Position numbers and translations under genes: made by a program
Part shown: positions 62,001 through 64,000 of the stretch, one piece after another
Layout of the letters: each line of letters opens with the position of its first letter
How positions within the stretch are numbered: position 1 is the first letter of the stretch
Notes under the pieces: model-generated
Seen by the model: only the letters and a program-made list of their open reading frames with translations
Told to the model about the DNA's origin: nothing
The model's database searches: none
Assembly: GCA_963578825.1 (NCBI GenBank)
Contig: CAUZDW010000007.1
Location: 28,449 to 92,448 of the forward strand
Origin: Vicinamibacteria bacterium
GTDB taxonomy: Bacteria; Acidobacteriota; Vicinamibacteria; Fen-336
Direction of reading: 5' to 3'
DNA: 64,000 nucleotides

Positions 62001-62711
62001 GTGATGCCGCCATACGACATGTTCGCCTATTGGCTGATGCCTCATGGGCTGCTGGGGCTCCTGACGACCGTCTTCCGGCCTCCCGCGACAGGGGCGACTC
62101 GCCCTCGAAGGAGGGGTACGCGCTCCGCCTACCCGGGCCCGCGCCTGCCGTTCCTGGCTCTTGCGCCCGGGAAGATGGGGCGGGCGGTGGGTGAGCACAC
62201 GTTTTGGGGGGGGTCGCTCTGGGGCCGGACAGTCGCCCTGCAGGGCGACAGCAGCTTCACGAAGTTCGATCTCTTCGAGCTCACCGAGCCGCAGCTCCTG
62301 TACTGGGGGACGTTTCGAGGGAACGGTTTCTATGGCAGCGAGGAGAGCCACAGCTTCTCGTCGCCCTACGGCTGGATGGATCGGTGGATGCGCGTGGGCG
62401 ACTTCACTCAGCAGCGGATCACCGACTCCGTGATGGATCCGCGGCTCAGGACGACGGCCAACTCCGGGGACCTGACCCTCAGGGTCGAGGTCGTGGCGCA
62501 CTACGACACCTGGCAGGACCCGGACAGCCGGATCGAGTACGAGGACGTCCTCGAGGTGCACTACTGGGGTCGCTCTCCGGAGGAGACCTCGAAGGAGATC
62601 TATCACCTCGGCAAGTGGCTCGGGACGATCCGGTTCGAGACGCTCAATCTCCAGGAGCCGAGCCGGATCCTCTACCAGTACATCGAGTCATACGGTACTA
62701 GAGCAAGTTAG
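62001..62711 (+). CDS. Hypothetical protein (aromatic-rich, beta-strand-rich); start uncertain
   Basis: Coding-like composition from GTG-ATG MPPYDMFAYW to EVHYWG...EIYHLGKWLGTIRFE; no family recognised. Confidence 0.5.
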   Translation: MMPPYDMFAYWLMPHGLLGLLTTVFRPPATGATRPRRRGTRSAYPGPRLPFLALAPGKMGRAVGEHTFWGGSLWGRTVALQGDSSFTKFDLFELTEPQLLYWGTFRGNGFYGSEESHSFSSPYGWMDRWMRVGDFTQQRITDSVMDPRLRTTANSGDLTLRVEVVAHYDTWQDPDSRIEYEDVLEVHYWGRSPEETSKEIYHLGKWLGTIRFETLNLQEPSRILYQYIESYGTRAS

Positions 62712-63254
62712 GCAATACTGACGGCAACTTAGCTCTCTGACCAGCTGCCATTTTGACCACTGACTGCCCTTCGCTGCCCTGTCTCAGGCGTTACGGCCTC
62801 TGAGGGTGAGCCCTGTTGCCATCCTCGCCTACGGCTCGTCTGGCCGCTGCGCCTGCCTGCGGCAGGCTTGAAGTTTGTTCCCCTTGGGCAGGAGACCTTT
62901 TTGGCTTGGAGGAGAGAAAGATGTCTTCGCGGGGGGCTCACGCCCCAGGGCTTTGCCCTCTTCTGCCTTCGGCAGAATTCACCCAGGGTTTTCTTCCCGG
63001 TCTAGAGCAAGGGCTTTTGGCTGGCGCTTCCTTGGGGTTCTGGAACTCTCCCCAGGGTCAGGTCGCACGACCAGATAGGGCGAGCAAGATCCAGTGGGGG
63101 ATAGACCCACCGGTGTCGAGACCTGAATCCAGCATCTTGGCGGGCGGCAACAAACCGTGAACAGGCGCTCTGAGGCCTGACTCCAGGGCTGCCGATCTGT
63201 CGTTGCGTTTCCGTTCGCAGTGATCCGCAGAACCGTATAGACTCTCGGATCGGC

Positions 63255-64000
63255 ATGACAAGGCGGCGCCAGTTCCTCGAGCAGGGTCTCGCCGCGCTCG
63301 CCTGGTCCGGTGCGTCCGGTGTGGGCCAGGCCGCCGAACCCGTCGACGCCGCCGCCCTTCGAGCCCTGGAGCGTGGGCTCCATGGACCGCTCATACGCCT
63401 CGATCACGATGCGTACGAGGCGGCCTACCGCTTCTTCTACTGGAATCCCACGCTAGATCTGCGTCCGGCGATCATCGCGCGGTGCCAGCATACCGACGAC
63501 GTGGCACGCTGCATCGAGTTCGGTCGTGAGCAGAGCCTGCCTGTAGCGGTGCGCGGCGGCGGCCACAGCTACCTCGGGTGGGGCTCCTGCGACGGTGGGC
63601 TGGTCATCGACCTCTCTCCCATGAGAGATATTGCCGTCGATCCCCTCCTTCGCACGGCCCGAGTAGGCGCCGGAGTCCTCGCCCACGAACTGGTCGACTC
63701 CAGCAGTCCCTACGAGCTGGCCGCGGTGGGCGGCCAGTGCAGGAGCGTCGGCGTCGCCGGTCTCGCGCTGGGAGGGGGTCTGGGATGGCTCTCAGGCCGC
63801 TTCGGTGCCGCATGCGACAACCTGCTCTCGGCGACCGTGACGATGGCCGATGGCCGATCCCTCGAGGCCAGCCCCACTCAGAACACCGAGCTCTTCTGGG
63901 CCATCCGGGGCGGTGGAGGGAACTTCGAGGTGGTGACTTCTCTCGAGTTTCGGCTCCACCCCGTGGGGAACGTCCTGGCGGGAATCCTCGCGTACCCTCT
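63255..64000 (+). CDS. Tat-exported FAD-binding (PCMH/berberine-bridge-like) oxidoreductase, 3'-partial; missing from the ORF track
   Basis: MTRRRQFL Tat motif; PAIIARC...DDV, VRGGGHS (covalent-FAD His motif), GLVIDLS, GVAGLALGGG.GW, DNLLSA, LFWAIRGGGGNF. Confidence 0.9.
   Translation, partial: MTRRRQFLEQGLAALAWSGASGVGQAAEPVDAAALRALERGLHGPLIRLDHDAYEAAYRFFYWNPTLDLRPAIIARCQHTDDVARCIEFGREQSLPVAVRGGGHSYLGWGSCDGGLVIDLSPMRDIAVDPLLRTARVGAGVLAHELVDSSSPYELAAVGGQCRSVGVAGLALGGGLGWLSGRFGAACDNLLSATVTMADGRSLEASPTQNTELFWAIRGGGGNFEVVTSLEFRLHPVGNVLAGILAYP

Noticed and set aside
62712-63250. Possible MITE/IS remnant (three CCCAGGG motifs)
   Set aside because: No terminal inverted repeats, target duplication or transposase similarity could be established.

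Overview
High-GC bacterial chromosome segment. The gene content and order (recA, maf, aroK/aroA, suhB, many Tat-exported Gfo/Idh/MocA oxidoreductases, a PEP-CTERM protein) suggest Acidobacteriota, by inference. 1-18.7 kb: sugar-catabolism and periplasmic redox clusters. 18.9-22.0 kb: a decayed integrative element at tRNA-Phe(GAA), with an att duplicate, an integrase remnant and a DGQHR remnant. 23-36.6 kb: housekeeping block. 36.6-50.6 kb is the most notable region: an intact tRNA-Leu(TAA) followed by four 46-bp copies of a tRNA-Leu 3' half. Three copies are preceded at exactly 134 bp by a conserved arm with 12-bp direct repeats, and the fourth by a divergent arm with near-identical spacing. 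They delimit 0.7-5.8 kb cargo cassettes, none of which contains a recognisable integrase, so this looks like a tRNA-anchored, integron-like array of non-autonomous cassettes. 50.6-64 kb: accessory enzymes, including a probable selenocysteine rhodanese lipoprotein (in-frame TGA at the catalytic Cys position plus a SECIS-like hairpin) that the ORF track truncates. Several frameshifts, some in homopolymers, suggest long-read indel errors as well as real pseudogenes. All product calls come from motif recognition only; no database searches were run.
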